Shown here piece after piece: positions 41,698 through 53,450 of a DNA stretch of 64,000 nt. The stretch comes from Thecamonas trahens ATCC 50062 (Eukaryota; Protista; Apusomonadida). How positions within the stretch are numbered: position 1 is the first letter of the stretch; the number at the start of each line of letters is the position of its first letter. The stretch is taken from contig NW_013657642.1 in assembly GCF_000142905.1 (NCBI RefSeq), positions 65,688 to 129,687 of the forward strand. Direction: 5' to 3'. The notes beneath the pieces were generated by a model that saw nothing but the letters and a program-made list of their open reading frames with translations, ran no database searches and was not told where the DNA came from. Made by a program: the position numbers and the translations under genes.

Positions 41698-42814
41698 TTT
41701 GCTGCTCCCTATTCTCATTCCCGCCTGCATGTGAGTCTCCACCGCCCGCGGCGCGCTTTGGCTGCGCTTTCTGCATGAAGCAGAGCATGGTCAGAGAGAT
41801 GTGTCTCGTCAAAGATATCAGATGTCCTCGTGTGTACTAGAGATAATATGATAGTCATCATCCCATGCTCTGCTCCGGGCCACCGCCGTCATCATGTCAT
41901 GCCGGCGCTGTTCACGTACACTTTGCCGATCCTGTTCTCGCCACATGTCATCCGCATGCAAAGTGAGTCGTGCGTCGCACTGCTGCGTCTGCCGCCGCTG
42001 CCGCTCGCGAGGGCGAGAATGGACATAGGTCAGACAGTACCGTGTGTTCTTCTTAAACAGCGGTGCTCAATATTTTTTGTTCCGCGTTTCAGATGGAAAC
42101 CTCTCAATGGTTATATTCCCTTTTGTGTAATCATTCCGATGTGCACGTCCTCGCCCGAGGACTGGTGGTGTGTGGGGGTGGGGGTGGGGGTGGGGGTGGG
42201 GTGGGCAGAGAAAGAAAAAACGTGCTGTGCTGTGCGCCAGTGGGTTGGCCACAAACACAAACAAATTGCTGCCCTCAATTGTAAACATACCTTATTGGAC
42301 GGTCTTTGGACGCAGCAACAAGCGCACCACAAAGGGCTGCGTTGTCAGGAGCTGGATATTCAAACACGTAGTAGTGGGAGAGGTGGTGAGTGGGTTGCGC
42401 TGATGGGTGAAGAGGAGGGGGGAGGGGGGGAGGGGGGAGGGGGAGAGGGGGAGGGTGGGGAGGGTGGATGTGACCAAAGTTAAAAATCTTCGGTCGCCGC
42501 CAGAGGCGAGCCCACCCCCTCGCACCCCCCCCCCCTATCAAGCTCCCCCGTGGGCGGGAGAGGTGGCTAGATCAGAATACTCGGTCAAAGGTGTAATCAT
42601 ATGGTCACGCCTGTTAACTCGTGCCGTTGTCAGAAACACAGGTGAGTTTTGAGAGTTCATCATCTCAAGCCAAGAGCCCGCAAAGCGGGCCAAGGATATT
42701 GAGAATGATGCAAAAATGATTGACATACCGAATTGAAGGAATTGACCACCGAATCCAGTGAAGGAGTCGAGTGGTGGCAAAACAAAAGTCAAACAGAAGC
42801 ACAAACCGTACCCG

Positions 42815-43040
42815 AAACCCGTTCGTTCGTCCAAACCCGTTCGTTCGTCCACGCGAAACCCGTTCCTTCAACCCGTTCCTTCAACCCCATCCCGTTCGAT
42901 CAACCCGTTCGATCAACCCGCTCCTTCATCCCGTTTGATCAACCCGCTCCTTCAACCCGCTCCTTCATCCCGTCTGATCATCCCTTTCGTCCATACCGCT
43001 CCTTCATCCCACTCGTCCCACTCGTTCATCCCGTTCCCTG
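42815..43040. repeat. Degenerate tandem repeats (AAACCCGTTCGTTCGTCC x2; TCAACCCGCTCCTTCA-type units)
   Basis: Directly visible next to the TA tract. Confidence 0.75.
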
Positions 43041-43076
43041 TTCGGTGAGTCCGCCCGCCCACCACAACCCGCCCGC

Positions 43077-43078
<2 letters not shown>

Positions 43079-43164
<86 letters not shown>

Positions 43165-43362
43165 CTATATATATATATATCTATATATATATATGTACAT
43201 ATCTATATGTATATATATGTATCTATATATATATATATATGTATATACGTGTATATATATGTCTATATATATATATGTATGTGTATATGTGTATATATGT
43301 ATTTTTATATATGTATATATGTATGTATATATATATGTGTGTATATTTGTATATATCTATAT
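43079..43362. repeat. Long degenerate (TA)n microsatellite running into an assembly gap
   Basis: Directly visible. Confidence 0.95.
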
Positions 43363-43462
43363 NNNNNNNNNNNNNNNNNNNNNNNNNNNNNNNNNNNNNN
43401 NNNNNNNNNNNNNNNNNNNNNNNNNNNNNNNNNNNNNNNNNNNNNNNNNNNNNNNNNNNNNN
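43363..43462. other. Assembly gap (100 N)
   Basis: Run of Ns; the true gap size is unknown. Confidence 0.99.
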
Positions 43463-43606
43463 CCCCCCCCAGCCCCGTCACCTTCCCGCCAGCCGCTCTC
43501 CCGCCGGGCGCCTGCCACTCACCACAGACCAACCTTCGGTGAACGTTCTTCCACGCACGCAGACGGCGGCACCCTCGACTCGAGCGCGCCGGCACTGGAC
43601 CTGGAG

Positions 43607-46600
43607 ATGCCGCGGAGAAGCGGGCGACCGCCGCGACCAAGGGGTGCGGGAGGGCGCGGAGGTGGGAGCCGAGGCGGAGGCGCCGGCGGAGGAGGGCGGA
43701 CCGACCGGCTGGCGGTGTACGCGATGAAGGGCGTGATCGGCAAGGGCTCGTTCGGCAAGGCCATGCTGTGCAAGCACGGCGGCGACGGGCGGCTGTATGT
43801 GGTCAAGGAGATCCAGGTCTCGAACCTCGACCGCAAGGAACGGCGCGAGGCCAAGAAAGAGGTGGCTGTCCTGGCGCAGATGAAGCACCCCAACATCATC
43901 GCCTACCGCGAGTCGTTCATTCAGGCCGGCTCGCTGTACATTGTCATGGACTACGCAGACGGCGGCGACCTGTACAAGCGAATCAAGGCCCAGCGCGGCG
44001 TCCACTTTGCCGAGTCGCAGGTCCTCGACTGGTTTGTCCAGATCTGCCTCGCCATGAAGCACGTCCACGACCGCAAGGTCTTCCACCGCGACCTCAAGAC
44101 CGCCAACATCTTCCTCACCTCGAACAACATGGTCAAGCTCGGTGACTTTGGCATCGCAAAGGTGCTCGACTCGACCCAGGAGCTCGCCTCCACAGCCATC
44201 GGCACTCCGTACTACCTCTCGCCCGAGATTTGCGAGAACAAGCCGTATGACAACAAGTCGGACGTGTGGTCCATGGGTGTTGTCCTCTACGAGATGCTCA
44301 CCCTCAAGCACCCGTTTGACTCGAAGAACATGCACGGTCTCGTCCTCAAGATCATGCGCGGCATCTACCCGCCCATCCCCTCATACTACTCGACCGACAT
44401 GGTCGACCTGGTCGACGCCTGCCTCCAGCGAAACCCGCGGAAGCGCCCATCGGTCGAGGAGATTCTGCAGCGGCCCTTTGTCCGCCGCCGCATTGACTCG
44501 TTCCTCTCAGAGACCATCAAGCGCTCCGAGTTCTCCCACACTGTCCTCCACGGCGCCAAGCTCCACGACGGTCCAGCCGCCGCCCGCGCCATCGACGCTC
44601 CGCCGCCGCAGCCCGCACCCGCCGCCTATGTCAACAAAGCTGCCGCAGACCGCGGCCGCAGCGCCGACTCGGCCCGCCAGCGCGAGGTCCAGCGCAAGGC
44701 CGACATGCTCTCGGCCCTCGCCCAGCAGCGCCAGAACGAGGCCCGCATGCACGAGTACCACGAGCGCATGCGCAAGGCCCAGGCCAACCGCCAGCGCATC
44801 GAGGCCCAGCTCCGCTCAGAGCCGCAGGCCAAGCGCAAGCCGCGCAAGTCCTCTGCGCCTGCAGCCCCGGGCGAGCCGCGTCGCCCGCCGCCAAAGTCGC
44901 GCGTGGCTTCGGCCGCCGACGCCGACGCCGCCGCTGCTGCTGCTGCTCGTGCCGCCGCCCGCCGCGAGTCAGAGCGCCGCGCCAAGCTCCGCGCCATCCG
45001 CCGCCGCAAGTACCTCGAGCAGAAGCGTGCCTCGGAGCGCAACCGTAAGATGGCCGAGGTCCAGCTCGGCCGCTCGCACGGCTCGCCAGGCGGCTCGCCG
45101 TCAGCCACCTCGATTGTTGCACCTCCAGCTCGGGCTTCAGACTCCGAATCGGAACCGCCGTCAGAGTCTGAGGCGTCGGCCGACACCAACGACGACAACG
45201 ACAACCACGCCTCTCCGAGTCCGAGCCCAAGCCCGCGCCTTGACGACAACGCACCCGCGTACGAGCTCGAGCCTGGGCCCGGCCCGGGCACTATATGGCG
45301 GAACGAGATGGAGGCCGAGATGGACGCGCTCATGGCCGCCAACCGCGAGCGCATGGCTGAACGCAGGCCAACTGCGCCACCCGCCCGCCAGCACCTCAAC
45401 CGCAAGCGGAGCGGGCACGACTCGGGCTCCGGCTCGGCCTCGTCGCGCAGGTCGTCAGCCGACCGCGCCCACCGCGAGGAGAAGCTCCGCCGGATGCGCG
45501 CCCAAGCCGAGCGGGCCAACGCTGCACACGCCCGTGACAAGCGCCGGGTCGAGGCTGCGCCGCGCTCCAAGCGCGCCCAGCTCAAGGCAGAAAAGATGCG
45601 CATTGCCGAGGAGCGCGCCATTGCCAACCGCCAGCGCAAGGAAGAGTTTGAGCGGAAGCGCGCCGAGAAGCTCGCTGCCCGCCAGCGCGAGCAGCGCGAG
45701 CACAAGGAGCGGTTGCGACGGATCAAGGCCAAGAAGAACGCCGCCGCGCCCATCCGCAAGTTTCTTCCGCCCAAGTCGCAGCGCGTGAGCTCGGACACGT
45801 CGTCGGCCGACGTCGTCGTCGCCGCACGCAGGCCTTCAGCTCGTGCCCGCGGTGCAGGCCCGCTCCCGCAGCGCGATGCCGATGCCGCCGCACGCGCCTC
45901 GGCCGCAGCAGCCGACAAGAAGAAGAAGCAGGCCGACGTCCGCGCCTTTGTCCGCGAGCAGCGTCGCAAGGCAATGCTTGCCAAGAAGAAGGAGGCTGCC
46001 GCTGCAGCAGCCGGCGGCGGCAGCGGCCTCGACATTGTCTGGATGTCGCCGACCCAGCACTCGCTCGCAGAAAACGGCGAGTCAGATGACGACCGTAACT
46101 CGCCGCCGCCTACCCTGCCGCCGTCGCGCGTCGCTGCCCTGAAGATCCCGGACGACGGCGACGAGAGCACAGACTCGGAGCTCCTTACCCCGACCGCCAT
46201 CGCCGCTGCTGACGACGACGACGCCAAGCATGAGCGTGAGGAGCGCGACAACGCCGACTTGGTCGCCCTCATGGGCATTCTCCAGGGCAACGAGCCCGAG
46301 CCGGCCGCCGACGATGTGGTTGTTGTCATTGATGACGACGACGACGACGACGATGATGATGATGATGACGACGATGCTCCAGCATTCGAGGTCGAGCCCG
46401 ATGACGACGACGTCAGTGCCGGGTCGGGCGACGGGTTGTACGATGGCCCGGCACAGCCGGTCACTGCCACAACGTCGGTCATCAAAGCGCGCAAGTCGCA
46501 GCGGAAGCAGTCTCAGCGGCGCGTCTCGCAGGCGGCGCTGGCGTCGGCAGACGCGGCTCTGCCGTCGGTGCCGCGGGCACCGAGCCTCGGCAAGACCGGA

Positions 46601-47188
46601 GAGCTCGACGCCACCGATCGAGCCTCGATTTACTCGCGGGTCGAGTCGCTCCGGGTGTTTCTGGAGAAGGAGCTGGGCGTGGACCTCTTTGTCTCGGTCT
46701 ACTGCCTCCTTCGCGGCGTCAACGAGCGGACCGATGACGTGGCGCTTGCCCAGACGCTCGGCAAGCAGCTCGGCCCGTCCAAGATGCACTTTCTCACCGT
46801 CATTAACCAGCTCATCCACTGCGAGGATGTGTACTTTGAGCCGCTGACCGGCGAGACTGGCGCCGCGCCTGCTCCTATCGACGACTCGGTCGACCACCCC
46901 AGCACTGCTTCTGCCGGCTCACTCTCATCGTCACAGGCCTCGATTGCCACCGATGCCACCGCCACCGATGCCACCGATGCCACCGCCACCGATGCCACTG
47001 ATGCCACCTCGGTCTCAAGCGCCGACTCGGCTGTCCGTCGCCGCCGCCGCCGCCGTCGCAAGGACAAGGACAAGGACAAGGACAAGGGGAAGAGGAAGAG
47101 GAAGGACAAAGACAAGGGGAAAGACAAGGACAAGGACAAGGACAAGGACAAGCGCAAGCGCAAGCGCAAGGACAAGGACAAGGAGTAG
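43607..47188 (+). CDS. NEK1: NIMA-related kinase, NEK1-like
   Basis: [27 protein letters not shown] and GTPYYLSPE. Coiled coils and a NEK1-type C-terminal motif ([19 protein letters not shown]), then a KD-repeat tail. Confidence 0.9.
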   Translation: MPRRSGRPPRPRGAGGRGGGSRGGGAGGGGRTDRLAVYAMKGVIGKGSFGKAMLCKHGGDGRLYVVKEIQVSNLDRKERREAKKEVAVLAQMKHPNIIAYRESFIQAGSLYIVMDYADGGDLYKRIKAQRGVHFAESQVLDWFVQICLAMKHVHDRKVFHRDLKTANIFLTSNNMVKLGDFGIAKVLDSTQELASTAIGTPYYLSPEICENKPYDNKSDVWSMGVVLYEMLTLKHPFDSKNMHGLVLKIMRGIYPPIPSYYSTDMVDLVDACLQRNPRKRPSVEEILQRPFVRRRIDSFLSETIKRSEFSHTVLHGAKLHDGPAAARAIDAPPPQPAPAAYVNKAAADRGRSADSARQREVQRKADMLSALAQQRQNEARMHEYHERMRKAQANRQRIEAQLRSEPQAKRKPRKSSAPAAPGEPRRPPPKSRVASAADADAAAAAAARAAARRESERRAKLRAIRRRKYLEQKRASERNRKMAEVQLGRSHGSPGGSPSATSIVAPPARASDSESEPPSESEASADTNDDNDNHASPSPSPSPRLDDNAPAYELEPGPGPGTIWRNEMEAEMDALMAANRERMAERRPTAPPARQHLNRKRSGHDSGSGSASSRRSSADRAHREEKLRRMRAQAERANAAHARDKRRVEAAPRSKRAQLKAEKMRIAEERAIANRQRKEEFERKRAEKLAARQREQREHKERLRRIKAKKNAAAPIRKFLPPKSQRVSSDTSSADVVVAARRPSARARGAGPLPQRDADAAARASAAAADKKKKQADVRAFVREQRRKAMLAKKKEAAAAAAGGGSGLDIVWMSPTQHSLAENGESDDDRNSPPPTLPPSRVAALKIPDDGDESTDSELLTPTAIAAADDDDAKHEREERDNADLVALMGILQGNEPEPAADDVVVVIDDDDDDDDDDDDDDDAPAFEVEPDDDDVSAGSGDGLYDGPAQPVTATTSVIKARKSQRKQSQRRVSQAALASADAALPSVPRAPSLGKTGELDATDRASIYSRVESLRVFLEKELGVDLFVSVYCLLRGVNERTDDVALAQTLGKQLGPSKMHFLTVINQLIHCEDVYFEPLTGETGAAPAPIDDSVDHPSTASAGSLSSSQASIATDATATDATDATATDATDATSVSSADSAVRRRRRRRRKDKDKDKDKGKRKRKDKDKGKDKDKDKDKDKRKRKRKDKDKE

Positions 47189-47435
47189 CCCTCCCCTCTC
47201 CCCTCTCCTCTATCCATCCATCCATCCATCACCTCCCCCCCCCCCCCCCAACCACCAAATCCACCTAAACCCCGGTCAGTGTTGCCCCTCTCCCTGCAAC
47301 TCACCTCAGCCACAGGCAACCACCGCACCCACTGCAGACAGACACCACCACACCACCACACGCCATACCACCACACCACAGCCACCCATACACACACACC
47401 ACAACCACACACACAACCGCACATATACGCGCCTC

Positions 47436-48371
47436 ATGACCAGCGCACGCGCAGTCGAGGTCTTCGGGTACGCGGCGGTGTCGACGGTGGCCACCGGCCT
47501 GGGCGCCGTCCCCTTCTTCCTCCTCGATAGCTCACGCAGCCTGCCGCGTCTGGCCACCGCATCGGCCAATGCCGCCGCCGCAGGCCTCATGCTTGGTGCT
47601 TCAGCTCTCATGGCTGTCGAGGCCTGGGACGTCTCGCCGCTCGCCCTGCTGCTCGGTCTCGTCGCAGGCATCGCCTTTGTCGCCGCATCGCGCGCCGTCC
47701 TCGACTGGATCGGCCTTGGCGATCCGCTCGATCTCGCTGCGCCGCCGCCCGCTGCGCCGGCTGCCGCCGCTGGCTCGGCTGAGACCCGCCAGAGTGGTGG
47801 TGCCCGGGAAGGCGGGGCGGGGCTGCGGGCACGCAAGGGCGGCGAACCTGTGGCGGCCGGCCAGCCAAAGACGGCGAGCGAGGCAGGCACCGGGCAGAGG
47901 GGCAACAGATCGCGGATGCTGCTGTTTGTCCTTGTCTTTACCCTCCACTCGTTCACCGAGGGCGTGGGCCTCGGCGTCTCGTTTGGCGGCTCGGTCGGAC
48001 TCGGCCCGTTCATGTCGCTCGCCATCGCCCTGCACAACGTGCCCGAGGGCCTGGCCATTGCGCTCGTCATGGTCCAACAGGGCAAGAGCGCGCTTGAGGC
48101 CATGGCATGGGCCATCTTTTCTTCCGTTCCTCAAGCGGTAATGGCTCTGCCGGCCTTTGTCTTTGTTGACGCCTTTGCGCCGGTGCTGCCGGTTGGCCTC
48201 GGCCTCGCCGCCGGCGCCATGGTCATGATGTGCTGGACCGAGCTCCTGCCCGAAGCCTGGGACGAGGTGCGTGGGCGGGGCGAGCAGGCCCTGCTGCTAG
48301 CCATCATCGTGGTCGCGCTCGGGGCGACATCGGGCTTTGAGGTCATGCTCCACCCGCCGCCGCCGCCGTAA
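47436..48371 (+). CDS. ZIP family (ZupT/ZIP11-like) metal transporter
   Basis: ATGLGAVPF, AAGLMLGAS, LHSFTEG, LHNVPEGLA, AAGAM..ELLPEA. Confidence 0.92.
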   Translation: MTSARAVEVFGYAAVSTVATGLGAVPFFLLDSSRSLPRLATASANAAAAGLMLGASALMAVEAWDVSPLALLLGLVAGIAFVAASRAVLDWIGLGDPLDLAAPPPAAPAAAAGSAETRQSGGAREGGAGLRARKGGEPVAAGQPKTASEAGTGQRGNRSRMLLFVLVFTLHSFTEGVGLGVSFGGSVGLGPFMSLAIALHNVPEGLAIALVMVQQGKSALEAMAWAIFSSVPQAVMALPAFVFVDAFAPVLPVGLGLAAGAMVMMCWTELLPEAWDEVRGRGEQALLLAIIVVALGATSGFEVMLHPPPPP

Positions 48372-48375
48372 CCGG

Positions 48376-49833
48376 CTACAACCGCTCGAGCAGCGAGGCC
48401 GGTGGCGGAGCCGGGCCGGTCGGCGGCGGCAGCGCCGGCGACGCGTGCTGGGCCGACGACGTCGTCGACGAGTACGGCGACGGCGGCGGTGTCATGATCT
48501 TGACCTTGACGTCTTCGGCAAACTTGACCTTGCGGTCGGGGCCTGAGTTGGCACGCGGCCGCGGCGGTGCAAAGTAGTTTTCGGCGTTGTACCGCGTGTT
48601 GACCTCGGTGGCCCGCTCGCGGATGGCGAGCCGCATGAACTCGTCCTTGGATGGCGAGACGAGGCCTGGCGCCGACCCGGGCCGCTCAGTGCGGTCCGGG
48701 CGCGGGAGCCGGACATACTCGCGCGGACGCAGCGGCGTCTCACGCCGAAGCCGGAGTACAATGAACAGCGTGCCAAAGCCGAGGAGGAGCGCCGCAAAGG
48801 TGACCGCAAGCACTGCATACAGCACGTCGCTGAGATGGTGCGACGTCCGGAGCCGGGTCGGCGTCCGCCCCGACGGCGGCGGTGGCGGCGCGGGCACGTG
48901 CGGAACGACAGGCGTCGGCGGCGGATGCAGCGGCGGCGCCGGCGGCGAGACACTCGGCGGTGGCGGCGGCGGGAACAGACTGCGCCCGCACACGCCCTGC
49001 GGGAGGCACTCAAAGCACCCGGCCAGATTGCCCGCACAGTCATCCGACGACTGGCACGGCGTCGAGCACTCGCATCCGCGCACCGCGCACGCGTTTCCGC
49101 CGCACCCACTCTGGCACAGCAACGCCGGGTTGTGCGATGCGTCGCACGCCAAGGCCCCGCCTGAGCATGCCATCCAATCGGGCGTCTCGCCGTCGAGCTT
49201 GTTATAGGCCACATCAAGGTCGACAAGTGGAAGCTGCGAGAGATCTGGCACTGAGCCGGTAAGCTTGTTGTGAGCGAGCCAGAGCTTGGAGAGGCTGACC
49301 AGGCCAGCAAAGGCCTGTGGAATGGGCCCGGCCAGCGCGTTGTCCGACAAGTCTAGCACGTTGAGCGCCTCGAGCGATCCGCCGATGCCCGGGGGAATGC
49401 TTCCATCCAGCGCATTGCTCGACAGATTGAGTGTGACCAGCGACTGAAGAGCGCCGAGTTTGCTCGGCAGCTGACCCACCAGGTTGTTCCCCGCCAACTC
49501 GAGCGCCACCACGTTCTCGTTCCCGTCACACACCACGCCCGTCCACCCGTCACAGAACTTGACCGCCAGCGGTTTGGACCATCCGTCCGCCACCCGCCAC
49601 TTCTTCCCTCCTGTTGCATCGTACAGTGCCTTGAGCGCATCCAGCTGTGCGGGGGGGGGGGTGAGTAGGTGGGGAGGGGATGGCGGGGGGGGAGGTGGTC
49701 GGAAAAGGGTCGTAGATGGCGCCGGGCGTACCTGCACGTTTCCGGCCGAGGGGAGGGCGAGGGCAAGGAGAAGGAAACAGATGAGAGCAAGGTAGTGGTA
49801 GCGGGGGCACCAGTACGTGAGTTGTCTCCCCAT
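48376..49833 (-). CDS. Plant-type LRR receptor-like single-pass membrane protein; probable 87-nt intron 49731-49645
   Basis: Signal peptide, LRRNT (ALKALYDATGG..W..C..WTGVVC), LxxLxLSxNxLxGxIP repeats, Cys-rich and Pro-rich stalk, TM helix and a tail without a kinase domain. Confidence 0.85.
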   Translation of the reverse strand: MGRQLTYWCPRYHYLALICFLLLALALPSAGNVQVRPAPSTTLFRPPPPPPSPPHLLTPPPAQLDALKALYDATGGKKWRVADGWSKPLAVKFCDGWTGVVCDGNENVVALELAGNNLVGQLPSKLGALQSLVTLNLSSNALDGSIPPGIGGSLEALNVLDLSDNALAGPIPQAFAGLVSLSKLWLAHNKLTGSVPDLSQLPLVDLDVAYNKLDGETPDWMACSGGALACDASHNPALLCQSGCGGNACAVRGCECSTPCQSSDDCAGNLAGCFECLPQGVCGRSLFPPPPPPSVSPPAPPLHPPPTPVVPHVPAPPPPPSGRTPTRLRTSHHLSDVLYAVLAVTFAALLLGFGTLFIVLRLRRETPLRPREYVRLPRPDRTERPGSAPGLVSPSKDEFMRLAIRERATEVNTRYNAENYFAPPRPRANSGPDRKVKFAEDVKVKIMTPPPSPYSSTTSSAQHASPALPPPTGPAPPPASLLERL

Positions 49834-50243
49834 GTTGGGGTGTTTGGATGAGAGAGGGGTGGGGGGTGGGTGGGGTTGTTGTGGTGGCCGTGGTGGTGGT
49901 GGTGGCTATGGGCAGAGGGGGGGGGGAAGGGGGGCATGGCGTGTGATCCGTCCTGCACGTGTGACTTGTGGACTTGTGTTGTGGGCGAGTGGGGCTGACC
50001 CCGGGGGAGGAGGGAGGGGGGAGGGGGAGGGGGGGGGGGAATCGGCTTGCAGAGGCAGTAGACGGGTGATCCGAGGTCATGTCTTTATATCTGATCTTCT
50101 TGGTTGGCACGTAGGTAAGGGGATGAGGGAAGGAGGGTAAGGACATGGGAGAAAAGGTGCGAGCATGATCTCGCATGATCGCCAAAATGGTGCCTCGTGC
50201 TTAGTATGGCACAGTCTAACGGATGAGCACAAGGCAGCAAACA

Positions 50244-52116
50244 TCAAGCAAACACACATCGAGGGGTCAACGCTTCAGCAAAACGCATGGGTGAGCAGGA
50301 AGTCAGAGTATTACGAGATCTACGCAACGGATCACGAGTCCGAGTCCGAGTCCGAGTCATCAGACTCGGAGAGGGTCGACTCTGACGTAGAGTCGGAGAT
50401 GGGGTCCGAGTCCGAGCCGAGGCCGAGGCGGTCGCCGACGGTGGAGCGGGCGAGCTTGGAAAAGAGGTGCCGAACGACTTGACCAGTAGCTTGTTGAGCT
50501 CGATGTAGTAGTCCATGATGAGACCGAGGCCACGGAGCCTGCCGGTGTCGAGGGTGTCGACACGGCGGAAGGCCTGGATGGAGAGGGCGCGACGAAAGTC
50601 GGTGTTGGGCGTCTGCGGGCCGTAGTCGTAGTACGCCAGCATCTCAGTGAACGAGATGGCGCCGTCGCGGTTGGTGTCCATGCGCTTGAGCATCTTACGG
50701 AACTTGGGGTCGTGGATCTCGAGGATGGCGCGCGGGAGCAGGAGGCGGCGCTTGGCGCGGAGGTAGGTGAGGTAGTCAACAGCCTGCTGGACGGCGTCCT
50801 GGATCTTGCGCGCGGCCTTTTTGATGAGGCGTGCCTCGTCGGCCTGCGAGTGCTCGCCGGCGAGCGAGAGCTTGCCGGTTAGCAAGGCCTCCAGCTTGAC
50901 CATGAGCTTGTCGCGGTGGCGGTTGAGCCGGGCGATGAACCCGTCGAGCATTGCGATCTTGTCCTTGTTCACGCCCTGCGGATGCAGCGAGTGCCGTGCG
51001 TAGAACGAGTCGACTTCCTTGCGGTAGAACGTCTCAGACTTGACCGCGCCGCGCGGCACCTTGACGGCCTCGATATAGAACGGCGGGATGGGCTCGGTGT
51101 CACGCACTGCGGTCTTGGCCTCCTTACGGCGGCGCTTGACTGCGGCTGCGCGCTCGGCCGCGTCAGCGCCGTCAACACCGTCGTCGGTCGACACAGACAC
51201 TTCCTCGGCCTTGCGCTTGTCCTTGGATGACTTTTTGCCCTTGGACGACTTCTTGGACTTGAACTCGGGATCAGCCGACGACGATGTTGGCTCGTCCGCA
51301 TCGGAAGTATCCTTGTGCTTCTTGTGCTTCTTCTTGCCCTTGTCCTTGGATGACTTCTTGCCCTTGGACGACTTCTTGGACTTGAACTCGGGATCCACCG
51401 ACGACGATGTCGGCTCGTCCGCATCGGAAGTATCCTTGTGCTTCTTGTGCTTCTTGTGCTTCTTCTTGCCCTTGTCCTTGGATGACTTCTTGCCCTTGGA
51501 CGACTTCTTGGACTTGAACTCGGGATCCGCCGACGACGATGTTGGCTCGTCCGCATCGGAAGTATCCTTGTGCTTCTTGTGCTTCTTCTTGCCCTTGTCC
51601 TTGGATGACTTCTTGCCCTTGGACGACTTCTTGGACTTGAACTCGGGATCCACCGACGACGATGTCGGCTCGTCCGCATCGGAAGTATCCTTGTGCTTCT
51701 TGTGCTTCTTGTGCTTCTTCTTGCCCTTGTCCTTGGATGACTTCTTGTCCTTGGACGATTTCTTCTTGTCCTTGGACTTCTTCTTGCCCTTGGACGACTT
51801 CTTGGCCTTAAACTCGGGTTCGTCCGACGACGACGTCGGCCCATCGGCATCAGATGCATCCTTCCCCTTGTGCTTCTTGCCCTTGCCCTTGTGCTTCTTC
51901 CCCTTGTCCTTCTCCCCCTTCCCCCCCTTGTGCTCCTTCCCCTTTTCCTTGTTCCCCTTGTCCTCGTCCTACATCCCCTCCTCCCGTCAGTCTAACGGAC
52001 ACCACCACACCACCACCACCACCACCACCACCACCACCACCACCACCACCACCACCACTGCCCCATACCCCCACCCCTTTCCATACCTTGCTCTTCTTCT
52101 TGCTCTTCTTCGCCAT
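50244..52116 (-). CDS. Lys-rich tandem-repeat protein with an EF-hand pair; exon 52116-52087, then exon from 51968; true stop may be 50332 after a frameshift near 50468
   Basis: MAKKSKKKSK, then a GTATGG..TAG phase-0 intron in frame with the 469-aa ORF. EF loop DTNRDGAISFTE and a degenerate second loop DTLDTGRL. Confidence 0.75.
51215..51860. repeat. Coding tandem repeat, about 5 units of roughly 117-126 bp
   Basis: Near-identical units encoding DPEFKSKKSSKGKKSSKDKGKKKHKKHK(KHK)DTSDADEPTSSS. Confidence 0.95.
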
Positions 52117-52331
52117 GACTACCCAGGTCAAAGTCAAGTACCCCCCCTTCCTACCCCCCCCCCCCCCCCCCCCTCCCCCTCCCCTCACTGCCCCTCCCCT
52201 CACTGCCCCCTCTAACTCAACCCGTAACGGCCACTCTGCCGCAGCCACCCCACACCACCCACCCACCACCCACCCACCCCACCCCACCCCACCCCACCCC
52301 ACCCCACCCCACCCCACCCCATCCATTAGTC

Positions 52332-53450
52332 ATGCCGGATCCGGAGAGATTGCTCCGTTGGCGCAATGATGAGATTGCTAGGTTGAGGGCTGAGAATGGT
52401 CGGTTGGAGGCCTTGGTGGCAGACTCGAGGAGGGCTCTCATCAAGGCAGAGCTCGCTGCTAAGCATCGTCATCGTCATCATCGTCATTCATCAGATCAGA
52501 TCGAGCTGCTTGAGATGAAGGACTCGCTGGCTGTCGTCGCTGCCGAGCGGGATCGTGCAAGAGCCGAGCACGATGATGCAAAGGCTCGGGAAGATGCTGC
52601 CCGCCGTGACGCAAAGGCTCTTTACGCTGCCCTCGCTGCCAAGATCAAGCTGCTCCCGCGTGGGACGTCCGATCGTGACGCCATGGAGATGATGCAGGCG
52701 TTGGGTGCTGCTGCGGCTGCGGCGGCTGATGCAGAAGCGAGGGCAGAGGCTGCAGAGCGCGAGCTGGCCGAGCTGGCCGCGGCTGCCGGCGATCTGCACG
52801 ACTCGGCCGCCGAGCTCGCTGCCCGCAACTCGGAGCTGGAAGCCGAGATGGTGGTCTTGCGCTCGCGCGATGCCGCCCATGACAACGAACTCGCCGCCGC
52901 CCAGACCGAGGCCGAGGCGCTTCGCAACTATGCACAGGCTCGTCACTCCGAGTCGGCCCTCCTTGCTGACCAGCTCCACTCGCTCACTGCCGAGCATGCC
53001 GATCTGGAGGCCTCGTTTGCTGACGACGAAATGACCCTTGAGCTCATCACTACACGCTACGCTGCCGCTCTCGAGATTAATCAGGCACTCGAAAACGAGG
53101 TTTCAAAGCTCACCCAGCTCTCCGACGCCGCCGCCGCCGCCGAGCGCATTGCCGCTCTTGAGGCCGAGCTTGCCGCCGCCCGCCAGGCCGCCGCCGATGC
53201 CGAGGAGCGCACCGCTGCCGCCATTCCACCGGCTCAGCTGGTCGCCGAGCGCGATGCCGCGGTGCGCAAGGCCGCCGCGGCTTCGACCTCGCTCGCCAAG
53301 CTGCAGACCGCATACCTGGCCTCACGCCGCGACCTCGGCGCTGCCCGCGACGAGCTCACCCAGCTCAAGCGGACAGTCCAAATGCTCGAGGTGGACGCTT
53401 CGCGCTCGCTCCGCCTCTCACGGCGCGACGAGCCGCAGGCTCAGAGCTGA
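52332..53450 (+). CDS. Ala-rich coiled-coil protein
   Basis: 372-aa ORF with heptad pattern; its last 10 nt overlap the end of the TrpRS gene. Confidence 0.7.
   Translation: MPDPERLLRWRNDEIARLRAENGRLEALVADSRRALIKAELAAKHRHRHHRHSSDQIELLEMKDSLAVVAAERDRARAEHDDAKAREDAARRDAKALYAALAAKIKLLPRGTSDRDAMEMMQALGAAAAAAADAEARAEAAERELAELAAAAGDLHDSAAELAARNSELEAEMVVLRSRDAAHDNELAAAQTEAEALRNYAQARHSESALLADQLHSLTAEHADLEASFADDEMTLELITTRYAAALEINQALENEVSKLTQLSDAAAAAERIAALEAELAAARQAAADAEERTAAAIPPAQLVAERDAAVRKAAAASTSLAKLQTAYLASRRDLGAARDELTQLKRTVQMLEVDASRSLRLSRRDEPQAQS

Noticed and set aside
43193-43606. N-terminal YI-repeat extension of the NEK1 ORF
   Set aside because: It is translated TA microsatellite plus Ns; the plausible start is 43607.
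44626-46494. Long antisense or alternative-frame ORFs (this 622-aa one and many others)
   Set aside because: These are shadow ORFs expected from high GC3 codon bias opposite real genes; they are Ser/Arg/Ala-rich with no motifs.
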